Source of the DNA: Gammaproteobacteria bacterium
GTDB taxonomy: Bacteria > Pseudomonadota > Gammaproteobacteria > QNFE01
Reading direction: 5' to 3'
DNA length: 64,000 bases
NCBI GenBank assembly: GCA_003645455.1
Contig: QNFE01000005.1
Span: 3,840 to 67,839, forward strand
The position numbers were made by a program, and so were the translations under genes. A model generated the notes under the pieces. The model ran no database searches. It saw only the letters and a program-made list of their open reading frames with translations, and was not told the DNA's origin. Of the stretch, positions 9,366-18,385 are shown piece after piece (positions within the stretch are counted from its first letter, which is position 1; each line of letters begins with the position of its first letter).

Positions 9366-10112
9366 TTAATCGTAATCAGGGTTTTGCCATCCTACTGGTG
9401 CTACATCTTTTTTAGGGACTGGGATGCGCGAGGCATAGTTAATAACCATCGCCATATCTGCATCAGAGAAACCTTTGATTTGTTTAACCATATCAGGATT
9501 TGCATTACGACGTTTACCGTCTCTAATCCATTCAAACTGGCGAATCATATAACTATAATGTTGTCCGACAATCTTAGGATAAAATTTAATCGCATCACCT
9601 TCACCTGCTTTACCGTGACATTCAGTGCAATTATCATCATAAAGTTTTTTACCCTTGACAAATTCAGGAGTGCCTTTGGCCCATTTACCTTTGTGATTAT
9701 TAGGGTTCATTTTTAATTTTGCAATGTAGTCGGTAACATCTGCCATAGCCTGCTCGTCACCGATAGATTCTGGCAAGGCAAAAGGATACATCGTAGGGTT
9801 ATCGCGATTTAATGCCCTAATATCGGCAAGTTGCTTGATTAAGACCGAGCGATGTTGCCCTGCAAGTTGCGGAAATGTGCCATCTACTGTACCCCAGCCT
9901 TCCAACAAATGACAAGCCGAGCATACTTCATAAACCTCAATGCCATTTTTTTTATCAGCTTTTAGATGCATAGCTTTATCAGTCTCACCTGAATGAGTTG
10001 TGTCGCTCCAAACTTTTACATCCGTTGCCTGTTTAGTGCTTTTATCAGCATACGATGAACTTACTGAAAGCAAAAATAAAACTGACAAAATTATTGATAT
10101 ATTTTTTTTCAT
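9366..10112 (-). CDS. Di-heme c4-type cytochrome (NosC2-like)
   Basis: Signal peptide; two CxxCH motifs (CSACH, CTECH); FPQLAGQH and YPKIVGQH; within the nos cluster. Confidence 0.88.
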   Translation of the reverse strand: MKKNISIILSVLFLLSVSSSYADKSTKQATDVKVWSDTTHSGETDKAMHLKADKKNGIEVYEVCSACHLLEGWGTVDGTFPQLAGQHRSVLIKQLADIRALNRDNPTMYPFALPESIGDEQAMADVTDYIAKLKMNPNNHKGKWAKGTPEFVKGKKLYDDNCTECHGKAGEGDAIKFYPKIVGQHYSYMIRQFEWIRDGKRRNANPDMVKQIKGFSDADMAMVINYASRIPVPKKDVAPVGWQNPDYD

Positions 10113-10137
10113 AATATTTACCTTTTAAAAAATTTAA

Positions 10138-10752
10138 TTATTTTAAAGTAGCCAACCAAGTAGCTATCTCCTCTATTTGCTTGTCATCAACAAGTCCCAT
10201 TACACCTTTCATAGCAGCGGATTGTCCGTTTGCTCTTTTGCCAGACTTTATATCTTTCATTTGATTTAGAATATACTCTTTGCTTAACCCTGTAAGATTA
10301 GGATAGATTGGTAAAATTGGAGTTTTAGCATCCTTACCATGACAAGACCAACAAGTCTTTTCTTGGAACAACTTTGCACCACCTGTTAATGCTTCTTTTG
10401 CTTTTGGAGCAGCAGTGGCAGTTTTTGCAGGAGCAGTAGATGCTATCCAAGCTGCAATCTCATCAATTTGTTTGTCATCTAATAATCCCATAAAACTTTG
10501 CATCGCAACAGAGTGTCCATTCTTTCTTTTACCAGATTTAATATCTTTCATTTGAGCAGATATGTATTCCTTTTTTTGATTCGCTAAACTTGGATAAATC
10601 GGTAAAACTGGAGTTTTTGCATCTTTGCCGTGACAAGACCAACAAGCATTGACATTATCTTGAAATAATTTTTCGCCGTCAGCTAAGACAAGATTAGAAA
10701 ATGCGACAGATGTTAACAGGCTTGTCGCTATAAGTGTAATTTTTACTTTCAT
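10138..10752 (-). CDS. Di-heme cytochrome c made of two tandem near-identical domains (NosC1-like)
   Basis: Signal peptide; two CWSCH motifs, each followed by YPxL...QMKDIKSGKR...AM; Ala/Thr/Lys/Pro-rich linker. Confidence 0.88.
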   Translation of the reverse strand: MKVKITLIATSLLTSVAFSNLVLADGEKLFQDNVNACWSCHGKDAKTPVLPIYPSLANQKKEYISAQMKDIKSGKRKNGHSVAMQSFMGLLDDKQIDEIAAWIASTAPAKTATAAPKAKEALTGGAKLFQEKTCWSCHGKDAKTPILPIYPNLTGLSKEYILNQMKDIKSGKRANGQSAAMKGVMGLVDDKQIEEIATWLATLK

Positions 10753-10858
10753 ATTTTACATCCTTAAAGTTAAAAAAAATCTCTTTCGTTAAAAACATAT
10801 AAGAGTAGAGATGAAACTCTTATCAAAATAACCTTAACAAAAAATAGTTATTTTGATA

Positions 10859-10896
10859 AAAGCAAGGTGGGTATAAAATAAAACCCACCTTGTTTT
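10859..10896 (-). terminator. Rho-independent terminator-like hairpin after nosZ
   Basis: 10 bp stem caaggtgggt (10863-10872) / acccaccttg (10883-10892), followed by cTTTT on the minus strand, about 30 bp after the nosZ stop. Confidence 0.7.
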
Positions 10897-10921
10897 GTTT
10901 TTAGAAACAAATCAATAGCTT

Positions 10922-13219
10922 TTACTTCTTAATTTTCTTAGCTTTGTTTTGCTCTAAATAGGATTTAGCACGGATACCGATATCCGCAGCTTTAACCTGA
11001 TACTGCCACCATTGACCCGCTTGCAAAGTTGCATTCTGCCAATCTTTTGCTTTGGCTGAGGCCTCTGATTTTTTCTGCCATGTAGCTGCAAACCCTAACT
11101 GGTCGGTTGCATCTTCTACCAAAGCTACCGCAGTAGGAAAATCCTTATAGTTGCGCTCAGTGATGAATTTAACCACACCATTGATAACAGCTTGGGTTGC
11201 AATATTAGTCTTAACCTGTTTGTCATAATCAGCTTTGGTGTAGGTTTGACCTTCAACCATTTTGGTTTTAACTGCTTTATAACCTTTTGGTTTGACTAAT
11301 AAATAACCTTGCATCTCCAAATGTAATGCAGAGCAAAACTCGGTGCAATAGTATGGAAATACACCTTCTCTATCAGCTACAAATGTAGCAGAGACAGTTT
11401 TACCAGGCTCTACTGACAAGTTCACATTTTGACCATACATAGCGAAACCGTGAGTTTCATCCTGCGCACGCTCTAAGTTGGTTAAATGGATTATAACAGT
11501 ATCTCCTGCTTCTGCTTCAATAATCTCTGGTGTAATGTGTGAGCGAATAAGAGTTCCCCATACTTCGGTTGTACACTTATCACCTTCACAATTACGAACA
11601 GTTTTTTCACGACCTGCACGAGTTTTAAAAGGAGAAATTGAATCAGTTCTGCTGTTCCAACCAGACTTATAACGAACAGCCGGTTTTAACTTATCAGCAC
11701 TAATCGCCGCGGCATAGTGAGGTTCGCCTAATGGAACTGGCATATCATATAGCAATTGCATTTTATCACCTGAGATATCAATTAACTGGTGGTTTTGCGG
11801 ATGCAAAGGACCTACAGGGTTGAATCTATCAATTGATAATTTATTCAAAGCAACAAGATATTTACCCTTAGGAGTAACAGAGTCACCTTCCATTGACATT
11901 AAATGTCCGACATTATAATGGATAGATAGTTTATCCAAAACTTTGCCTTTACAATAATCCCATTTAGTTATAACTGAGTCAACATAAATAGAGGTATAAG
12001 CAATACATTCTTTTGAATCATATTGAGTGTGTAGCGGACCTAAACCTACTTCTACTTGTACATGAACCGAGTCTTTTAAAGATACAATTGGAATACCGTA
12101 TGGATCTTTGCCTTCATATTTCTTAGCTTTATGAGCTTTCATCATTTTTTCAAAGCTATATACAGTCGCATGAGAGTCAAGCTTACCTGATACAATTAAA
12201 AATTTACCAGTAGGATTCATCATAACACCGTGTGGGCTTTTATGCTCTGGCACGAGAAATAAAGCACCTGCATCTACCATAGTTTTCATTGATAACATGT
12301 CCATGCCATTTACTTTCTTGGCTTTGCCGCCTGCTACTAATTCGGCAGCTTTCTTCCAGTTAATTACCTGCAAGAAATCAGTATCTTTTTGTGAGCAACC
12401 TGCCTCAAATGGAGGACGACCACGTTCAATACCACCGACATATCTCTCAGAACAAAAAGAGTTAGTAAAAGACCAGCCATCAGATGGGCCTTTACCGGCG
12501 TCTGATAAATCTTGGCTATATGGAGGAAGTTCAACTGTAAAAGATTTAGACTTATCTATACGACCTTTTTTGCGATCAAATTTCCAGTAAGTTACACCAC
12601 CACGATATTTGTCATTAAATTGCTCTAATGGCACAAATTTATCAGCAAAAGGGGCAGCATATTGAGCAGCTTCAATTACATATTCTGTATTTGGAGTTAC
12701 GAAAGCACCACCGTGTTCATTTTTGAAATGAGGATTAACCACGATTTGTTTGGTTTCAAAATCATGTAAGTCAATCACAGCTACACGAGGGTTAGCCTTG
12801 TCATTGATGAATACATACTGTCCATCATAAACACCCTTGGTTTCTGTGAATGCTGGATGGTGAGTATCACCATAATTGATTTGTTTACCGTGAATCTTGC
12901 CTTGGGCTAAAACAGCTTTTGATTCATCATCAAAGCCATAACCCTGCCAAGGTTCTGGGGTAAAAACCGCAATATACTTTAAAATCCGCATAGATGGGAT
13001 ACCATAGACAATTACTTGTCCCGATTGTCCGCCTGATGAAAAGACAATAAATTCGTCTCGACCAGCAGTTGGGGTATAGGTTTTGGCTGCCGCTAATAAA
13101 TCTTTTTGGGTTAAACCACGAGCCTTCATAACATCATCCAAAGCTGACGCAGAGGCTACGTTAATAAGACCAAAAGATATAATAGCAAACAAAAAACCTG
13201 TTAAGTTTTTAAATTTCAT
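10922..13219 (-). CDS. nosZ: Nitrous oxide reductase, clade II (Sec-exported), with a C-terminal extension
   Basis: CuZ histidine motifs (GDTHH, NEHG, KSPHG, GPLH, VGH, EPH) and CuA motif DETHG...CTEFCSALHLEM. The signal peptide is hydrophobic and has no twin-arginine. A Cys-free 121 aa tail follows the CuA domain. Confidence 0.97.
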   Translation of the reverse strand: MKFKNLTGFLFAIISFGLINVASASALDDVMKARGLTQKDLLAAAKTYTPTAGRDEFIVFSSGGQSGQVIVYGIPSMRILKYIAVFTPEPWQGYGFDDESKAVLAQGKIHGKQINYGDTHHPAFTETKGVYDGQYVFINDKANPRVAVIDLHDFETKQIVVNPHFKNEHGGAFVTPNTEYVIEAAQYAAPFADKFVPLEQFNDKYRGGVTYWKFDRKKGRIDKSKSFTVELPPYSQDLSDAGKGPSDGWSFTNSFCSERYVGGIERGRPPFEAGCSQKDTDFLQVINWKKAAELVAGGKAKKVNGMDMLSMKTMVDAGALFLVPEHKSPHGVMMNPTGKFLIVSGKLDSHATVYSFEKMMKAHKAKKYEGKDPYGIPIVSLKDSVHVQVEVGLGPLHTQYDSKECIAYTSIYVDSVITKWDYCKGKVLDKLSIHYNVGHLMSMEGDSVTPKGKYLVALNKLSIDRFNPVGPLHPQNHQLIDISGDKMQLLYDMPVPLGEPHYAAAISADKLKPAVRYKSGWNSRTDSISPFKTRAGREKTVRNCEGDKCTTEVWGTLIRSHITPEIIEAEAGDTVIIHLTNLERAQDETHGFAMYGQNVNLSVEPGKTVSATFVADREGVFPYYCTEFCSALHLEMQGYLLVKPKGYKAVKTKMVEGQTYTKADYDKQVKTNIATQAVINGVVKFITERNYKDFPTAVALVEDATDQLGFAATWQKKSEASAKAKDWQNATLQAGQWWQYQVKAADIGIRAKSYLEQNKAKKIKK

Positions 13220-13345
13220 AAAGCACTATTCTCCTAAGATTACAAAAAAATAAGAATTTTTACAACAAAAATTCTCAACAAAAACAACAAAAATAAAGAT
13301 TATGTTGCCAATTTTAAAACACAATTATCTTAAAACTGTGTGCAT

Positions 13346-13388
13346 AGAATAACATAATAAATTTCTTTATGCAAATTATTTCTATCAA
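13346..13388 (-). promoter_or_regulatory. Putative FNR/DNR-type promoter of nosZ
   Basis: Minus strand reads TTGAT-agaa-ATAAT (8/10 match to TTGAT-N4-ATCAA), directly followed by TTGCAT, a 17 nt spacer ending in TGT, and TATTCT. The box centre would be about -42.5. Confidence 0.4.
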
Positions 13389-13427
13389 TAACAATAAACC
13401 AATTAAATATTGCAGTTTTATTTATTT

Positions 13428-13586
13428 GAGACCTTTGCATAATTCAAGCACAATTTATAAAACACACAAAATGCACCTTTTCATAGCAAAAATTCGTCAA
13501 AGGACTTGCCATTTTCCTCATTTTTGCTATAAAAATTCACTATTTTCTGTATTCTCTAAACAGCACTTGAATTATCCAAAGGTCTC
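13428..13586. mobile_element. 159 bp MITE-like element with GAGACCTTTG termini (IS5/IS1106-like ends)
   Basis: 21 bp terminal inverted repeats gagacctttgcataattcaag / cttgaattatccaaaggtctc (1 mismatch). ATTT lies directly on both sides (candidate 4 bp target duplication). Internal 11 bp inverted repeat at 13483-13493 / 13520-13530. No transposase ORF. Confidence 0.75.
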
Positions 13587-14022
13587 ATTTAATTTTTTTA
13601 TCGTCATTATTAATCTCATAAAATTCACCGTCTATAATGGTATCCGATTTTTTGTCTCCTGATACACTAAAATCTATAAATAATGCCAAGCCAAACTCTG
13701 CAATAAACTCACGGATAAAAGGGATTAGAAGCAAAAAACCTATGCTATCTGTAAAAAAACCAGGTGTCAACAATAAAGCGGCACTAATGATTAAAAATAT
13801 ACCATCGGCTAATTCTGCTGTTGGTATTTTCCCTTGTTGCAATTTATTTTGAAATTTTTTGATAACAGATAATCCTTGTTGTTTCAACAAAGATACTCCG
13901 ATTATTGCAGTTAGGATTATCATTGCAATAGTTGGCCATACTCCGATTAATTCACCCACAAAAATAAAAAAATAGATCTCAATTATAGGGATTATTATAA
14001 AAAGTGTAAGGGCAATAGACAT
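13585..14022 (-). CDS. fxsA: FxsA family membrane protein
   Basis: PIIEIYFFI, TAIIGVSLLKQQG, LLLTPGFFTDSIG and the C-terminal IIDGEF motif. Confidence 0.9.
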   Translation of the reverse strand: MSIALTLFIIIPIIEIYFFIFVGELIGVWPTIAMIILTAIIGVSLLKQQGLSVIKKFQNKLQQGKIPTAELADGIFLIISAALLLTPGFFTDSIGFLLLIPFIREFIAEFGLALFIDFSVSGDKKSDTIIDGEFYEINNDDKKIK

Positions 14023-14084
14023 AGACTTAAACCTTTGTAGAGTTGATAAAAAATACTATGATAACAAATCTTTTCAATCTTTAC

Positions 14085-14103
14085 GAGACCTTTGCATAAA
14101 AAC
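14085..14103. repeat. Isolated terminus of the GAGACCTTTG element
   Basis: gagacctttgcataa is identical to the first 15 bp of the element at 13428; no partner arm found. Confidence 0.6.
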
Positions 14104-14116
14104 TAAAAATGATTTT

Positions 14117-15121
14117 TTAAAAATTTAACATTTTTTTAAGAGATTTTTGGGCTTGTTTAATTATATTTTTGTCTATTTTTATTTCATTTTGTTTGTTTTT
14201 TAAGCAATAATAAAGATTTTGCAAATCATTCATTGCCATCCATGGGCAGTGGGCACAACTGTGACAGGTGGCACCATCTCCTGCTGTGGGGGCAGCGATG
14301 AGTTTTTTATTTTTACTATATTTTTTCATTTGATAAAAAATTCTATCATCCGTAGCTATGATAAAAACTTTGTTGTTATTTTCTTTAACTGCATTTATAA
14401 GGGTTGTGGTGGAGCCTATGATGTCAGCTTGTGATAAAACTTGCATGGGGGATTCAGGATGAGCCAAGATTAAAGCCTGTGGATATTTTATTTTTAATTT
14501 TTTTAGCTCGTGTGATTTGAATTCTTCGTGCACTATGCATGAGCCATCCCATAACAACATATCAGCTCTGGATTCTTGGTGAACATACTCTCCCAAATAT
14601 TTATCAGGCGCCCATATTATTTTTTTATTTTTGCTGTGGAGGTATTTTATAACGTCCAAAGCAATTGAAGATGTTACTACCCAGTCTGCACGGGCTTTGA
14701 CAGCAGCCGAAGTATTAGCATAAACTACAATTTCACGACCAGGATATTTATCGCAAAAATTTGAAAACTCATCAATAGGACAGGATATATCCAAAGAGCA
14801 GATTGCATCTAATGTAGGCATCAAAACTTGTTTATGAGGGCTTAGAATCTTGGCGCTCTCACCCATAAAAGCAACCCCTGCTACAATTAAAATATTGCTA
14901 TCGCTTTTGAATCCAAATTTTGCCATCTCCAAAGAATCAGATACTATACCACCTGTTTCTTCGGTTATCTGTTGAATATCAGAGCTTACATAATAGTGGG
15001 ATAATAGGGTCGCATTTTCTTTTTTTAATAGTTTTTTTATCTTTTTTTTTAACTTTTCTTTGTCGGCATCGGATAGATAGTGTTTTTTTAAAACCTCAGC
15101 GGTGGCAGGATATGAAAACAT
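14117..15121 (-). CDS. nadA: Quinolinate synthase
   Basis: LLSHYY, GDSLEMA-like region, CSLDISC, VVYANTSAAVKA, CIVHEEF, LAHPES, CPWMAMN. Confidence 0.95.
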   Translation of the reverse strand: MFSYPATAEVLKKHYLSDADKEKLKKKIKKLLKKENATLLSHYYVSSDIQQITEETGGIVSDSLEMAKFGFKSDSNILIVAGVAFMGESAKILSPHKQVLMPTLDAICSLDISCPIDEFSNFCDKYPGREIVVYANTSAAVKARADWVVTSSIALDVIKYLHSKNKKIIWAPDKYLGEYVHQESRADMLLWDGSCIVHEEFKSHELKKLKIKYPQALILAHPESPMQVLSQADIIGSTTTLINAVKENNNKVFIIATDDRIFYQMKKYSKNKKLIAAPTAGDGATCHSCAHCPWMAMNDLQNLYYCLKNKQNEIKIDKNIIKQAQKSLKKMLNF

Positions 15122-15133
15122 AAAATGGTGATT

Positions 15134-15727
15134 TTAAAGTTTTTCTTCAATAATTTTTTGCAAACTTGTCGCCCTTGACATTATTTTTTTAGGATCCAAT
15201 CCTAATTGACGAGCGATTTGGGTTGTCGAGATGATGCCTCTTAAAAATTGTTCGTTTGTATTGTTGTCACTTTGAGTTATAAGGGTATGATGACGATGTA
15301 ATGGCTCCAAAGTAGCTATAATGTCACCGACATTTGCTTTTTTTATCTCACTAATATCAATGGCTGTAATATTTATTGTTTTTGTCATTATTTGACGAAC
15401 TTTCAGCTCTGAAAACCCTATTCTTTCTTGTTGAGACAGTTGCACGGGTTTTTCACCAAACAAATCAACCGAGGTAACGATTCCCACAATGTTAGAAGAG
15501 ATATCCACCACCACCATAAGACGCACTTTGACAGCTTTCATTCGTAATCTGGCATCTTCAAGAGATATATTTTCCACAACAGATATAGGGTTTATTAGTT
15601 TAAAATCAGTCATAATATCAATCGCAGGGGATTCTAAATTTACAGGTTTATTACGATAATGCCCTGCCATGATTGATAGATTGCTGGATACTTTTTGATG
15701 GTAAAGTTCCTTATAGTGTCTAAACAT
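15134..15727 (-). CDS. CBS domain-containing protein
   Basis: SPAIDIMTDF, VRLMVVVD...IVGIVTSVDL and VRQIMT segments form a CBS pair. Confidence 0.75.
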   Translation of the reverse strand: MFRHYKELYHQKVSSNLSIMAGHYRNKPVNLESPAIDIMTDFKLINPISVVENISLEDARLRMKAVKVRLMVVVDISSNIVGIVTSVDLFGEKPVQLSQQERIGFSELKVRQIMTKTINITAIDISEIKKANVGDIIATLEPLHRHHTLITQSDNNTNEQFLRGIISTTQIARQLGLDPKKIMSRATSLQKIIEEKL

Positions 15728-15821
15728 AAGATTATCGTTTTATAGTAAAAAACTAATATTATACATATTTAAATTTAAATTATTGTAAAATGTTATTTTT
15801 TTACTAACTGTATCTATATCT

Positions 15822-17642
15822 ATGCCTCAATACCGCTCAAAAATATCAACCGCAGGTCGTGCTATGGCAGGCGCTCGTGCACTTTGGCGTGCCACTGGTA
15901 TGACTGATGATGATTTTAGCAAACCCATTATTGCTGTTGTCAACTCATTCACTCAATTTGTGCCAGGCCACATTCACCTCAAAGATATGGGGCAGTTGGT
16001 CGCCCGCGAGATTGAAAAATCAGGCGGTGTTGCCAAAGAGTTTAATACCATTGCTATTGATGATGGGATTGCGATGGGGCACGATGGAATGTTATATTCT
16101 TTGCCATCTCGTGAGATTATCGCAGATTCTGTGGAATATATGGTGCAAGCTCATAAAGCTGATGCCTTAATATGCATTAGCAATTGTGATAAAATTACCC
16201 CAGGGATGTTAAATGCCAGTTTGCGTTTGAATATCCCTACTATATTTATCACAGGCGGACCGATGGAGGCAGGCTTGACTAATATAGACAATAAACCTGT
16301 TAAATTAGATCTGGTGGATGCGATGGTAGCAGCCGTTGATGACAAACACACCGATAAAGAAATCAATGACATAGAACATAATGCTTGCCCTACTTGTGGC
16401 TCTTGCTCCGGGTTATTTACGGCGAACTCTATGAATTGTTTGTTGGAGGCATTAGGTTTGGCATTGCCAGGTAACGGCACTCTATTGGCAACTCATAAAA
16501 CTCGTAAAGATTTATTTTTAAAAGCCGCTCGACGCATTGTTAAATTATGTGATATTTATTACAAACAAGATGATGATAGCATTTTGCCACGTAATATCGC
16601 TTGTAAAAAAGCTTTTGATAATGCGATGAGTCTTGATATTGCGATGGGAGGCTCGACCAATACTATTTTGCACCTTTTAGCGGCGGCCTCCGAGGCAGAG
16701 GTTGATTTTAAAATGGCAAGAATTGATGAATTATCGCGTCTTGTGCCAAACCTATGTAAGGTTGCCCCATCTGTGAATAAATACCACATACAGGATGTGC
16801 ATCGTGCAGGTGGCATTATGGCGATTTTAAATCAATTAGATCAAGCCAACTTAATCCATAACGAGATAAAAACAGTCCATAGCAATACAATCAAAGAGGC
16901 GATTGGAAAATGGGACGTAACAGATAATAAAAATTCTATCGCCTGTGATTTTTTTAAAGCGGCTCCCTCAAATATTGTGGGGACACAAGCATTTTCTTGT
17001 GATAATAAATATGAAAATTTAGACTTAGATAGAAAAAACGGTTGCATAAGGTCAGCACAAAACCCCTATAACATTGAAGGTGGTCTAGCTGTTTTGTTTG
17101 GCAATATCGCAGAGGACGGTTGTGTTGTTAAAACCGCAGGAGTCGATGAAAGTATTTTTAATTTTACAGGCGAGACGATTGTATTTGAGAGCCAAGATGA
17201 AGCAGTCGAGGCAATTTTATCTGATAAAATCAAGTCGCAATCTGTCGTTGTAATCCGTTATGAGGGACCAAAGGGCGGTCCTGGAATGCAAGAAATGTTA
17301 TACCCTACCACCTACCTCAAAGCAAAGGGTTTAGGCAAAAGTTGTGCACTTATTACAGATGGCAGGTTTTCAGGTGGCACCGCAGGTTTATCCATAGGAC
17401 ATATATCTCCAGAGGCGGCATCAGGTGGTGCGATAGCTTTAATAGAAAATGGCGATAAAATAAATATCAATATCCCACAAAGAACAATAAATCTTAAAAT
17501 AAGTGATGATGAATTACAACAAAGAGCAGATAACATAACAGCCTATCAACCAAAAACCAGAAAAAGAATAATAAGCCGTGCTTTGCAGATATATGCTAAA
17601 TTTGTCACCTCGGCGGCAGAAGGTGCGGTTCGTAAAATTTAA
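15822..17642 (+). CDS. ilvD: Dihydroxy-acid dehydratase
   Basis: [55 protein letters not shown]. Confidence 0.97.
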   Translation: MPQYRSKISTAGRAMAGARALWRATGMTDDDFSKPIIAVVNSFTQFVPGHIHLKDMGQLVAREIEKSGGVAKEFNTIAIDDGIAMGHDGMLYSLPSREIIADSVEYMVQAHKADALICISNCDKITPGMLNASLRLNIPTIFITGGPMEAGLTNIDNKPVKLDLVDAMVAAVDDKHTDKEINDIEHNACPTCGSCSGLFTANSMNCLLEALGLALPGNGTLLATHKTRKDLFLKAARRIVKLCDIYYKQDDDSILPRNIACKKAFDNAMSLDIAMGGSTNTILHLLAAASEAEVDFKMARIDELSRLVPNLCKVAPSVNKYHIQDVHRAGGIMAILNQLDQANLIHNEIKTVHSNTIKEAIGKWDVTDNKNSIACDFFKAAPSNIVGTQAFSCDNKYENLDLDRKNGCIRSAQNPYNIEGGLAVLFGNIAEDGCVVKTAGVDESIFNFTGETIVFESQDEAVEAILSDKIKSQSVVVIRYEGPKGGPGMQEMLYPTTYLKAKGLGKSCALITDGRFSGGTAGLSIGHISPEAASGGAIALIENGDKININIPQRTINLKISDDELQQRADNITAYQPKTRKRIISRALQIYAKFVTSAAEGAVRKI

Positions 17643-17878
17643 TGGTAAAATTACAAGACCCCAAAGTCATAACCGATATAAACCAAGACTTAGTTTGCAT
17701 TTTACCAATAGGTTTTGATTTTGATGATAGAGCTTGGGATATAATCTGGCAAGAGTATGACAAACAAGAAAAAACTCTCAGTATGGCAGATTTAAAATTT
17801 TTATTCCCAGATGATAAAAGCTTAAAGATAGCCCTGCAACCAGATGAAAAGGGGCATAAATGGTGCTCTGATAATTGA
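17642..17878 (+). CDS. Hypothetical protein (78 aa)
   Basis: TAATG stop/start overlap with ilvD suggests translational coupling; composition is protein-like; no family recognised. Confidence 0.6.
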   Translation: MVKLQDPKVITDINQDLVCILPIGFDFDDRAWDIIWQEYDKQEKTLSMADLKFLFPDDKSLKIALQPDEKGHKWCSDN

Positions 17879-17910
17879 TAAAGAAGGGTCTGTCCTCCAT
17901 CTTTGCACAC

Positions 17911-17936
17911 TCGCTTTACTTCGCTTGCAATGACGG
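17911..17936 (-). repeat. Remnant arm of the GTCATTGC palindromic element
   Basis: Minus strand ccgtcattgcaagcgaagtaaagcga shares ccgtcattgc with the arm at 1958. It supplies the last six codons and the stop of the 17916-18383 gene. Confidence 0.5.
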
Positions 17937-18383
17937 TTCAGGTGGGAGGTTAAAGGTGCTAAAATAAAAAGGGACTTTATAATATTTTTTATCGGTTTTG
18001 ATATGCACCATAGCCTCCCAGTCCATTTTAAACAGAGTGCAGATTGACAATATCCCCGTCCCTGAAAATTTATCATTATTTATTTTTTTTAATTTTGTAG
18101 GCAATTGCCCCATTTCCATATTGCGTCCTTTGAAAATAACAGACACCTCTTGTATGTCTATATTTTTGGTGTTTAATGTTAAGGTAAGCGGCTTTAATTG
18201 CGGTGAATTTTTAGGTAAAACCTCAAACTCTATCTCGCCACCATCTGCTATTTTTTTTGTACACTTTTGCATATTGACTTCGCAGTCGGTGACCGCAGAT
18301 AAAAGCTCAGCATCAGGATTTTTATCACATGATGACAGCAAAAAAGAAGCGCCAATCAATACAGGTATAAATGTTTTAATCAT
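17916..18383 (-). CDS. Lipoprotein with YtkA-like domain, copper-chaperone operon member
   Basis: Lipobox LSSC; FKGRNMEMG...FSGTGILSIC...MDW pattern; directly downstream of SCO. Confidence 0.55.
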   Translation of the reverse strand: MIKTFIPVLIGASFLLSSCDKNPDAELLSAVTDCEVNMQKCTKKIADGGEIEFEVLPKNSPQLKPLTLTLNTKNIDIQEVSVIFKGRNMEMGQLPTKLKKINNDKFSGTGILSICTLFKMDWEAMVHIKTDKKYYKVPFYFSTFNLPPEPSLQAK

Positions 18384-18385
18384 AA

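Noticed and set aside
10922-13219. NosZ as a clade I (Tat) enzyme or as a cytochrome c fusion
   Set aside because: There is no twin-arginine motif, no nosR in the cluster, and no CxxCH in the C-terminal extension.
13290-13315. Possible sigma54 site (TTGGCAAC on the minus strand) upstream of nosZ
   Set aside because: The -12 GC element is missing at the required spacing.
13369-13662. 97 aa ORF spanning the nosZ upstream region
   Set aside because: It runs through the MITE-like element and the fxsA 3' end, has no transposase or other motif, and is probably spurious.
17822-18076. 84 aa minus-strand ORF overlapping the YtkA-like gene end
   Set aside because: Alternative frame across two real genes and a repeat remnant; no motif.
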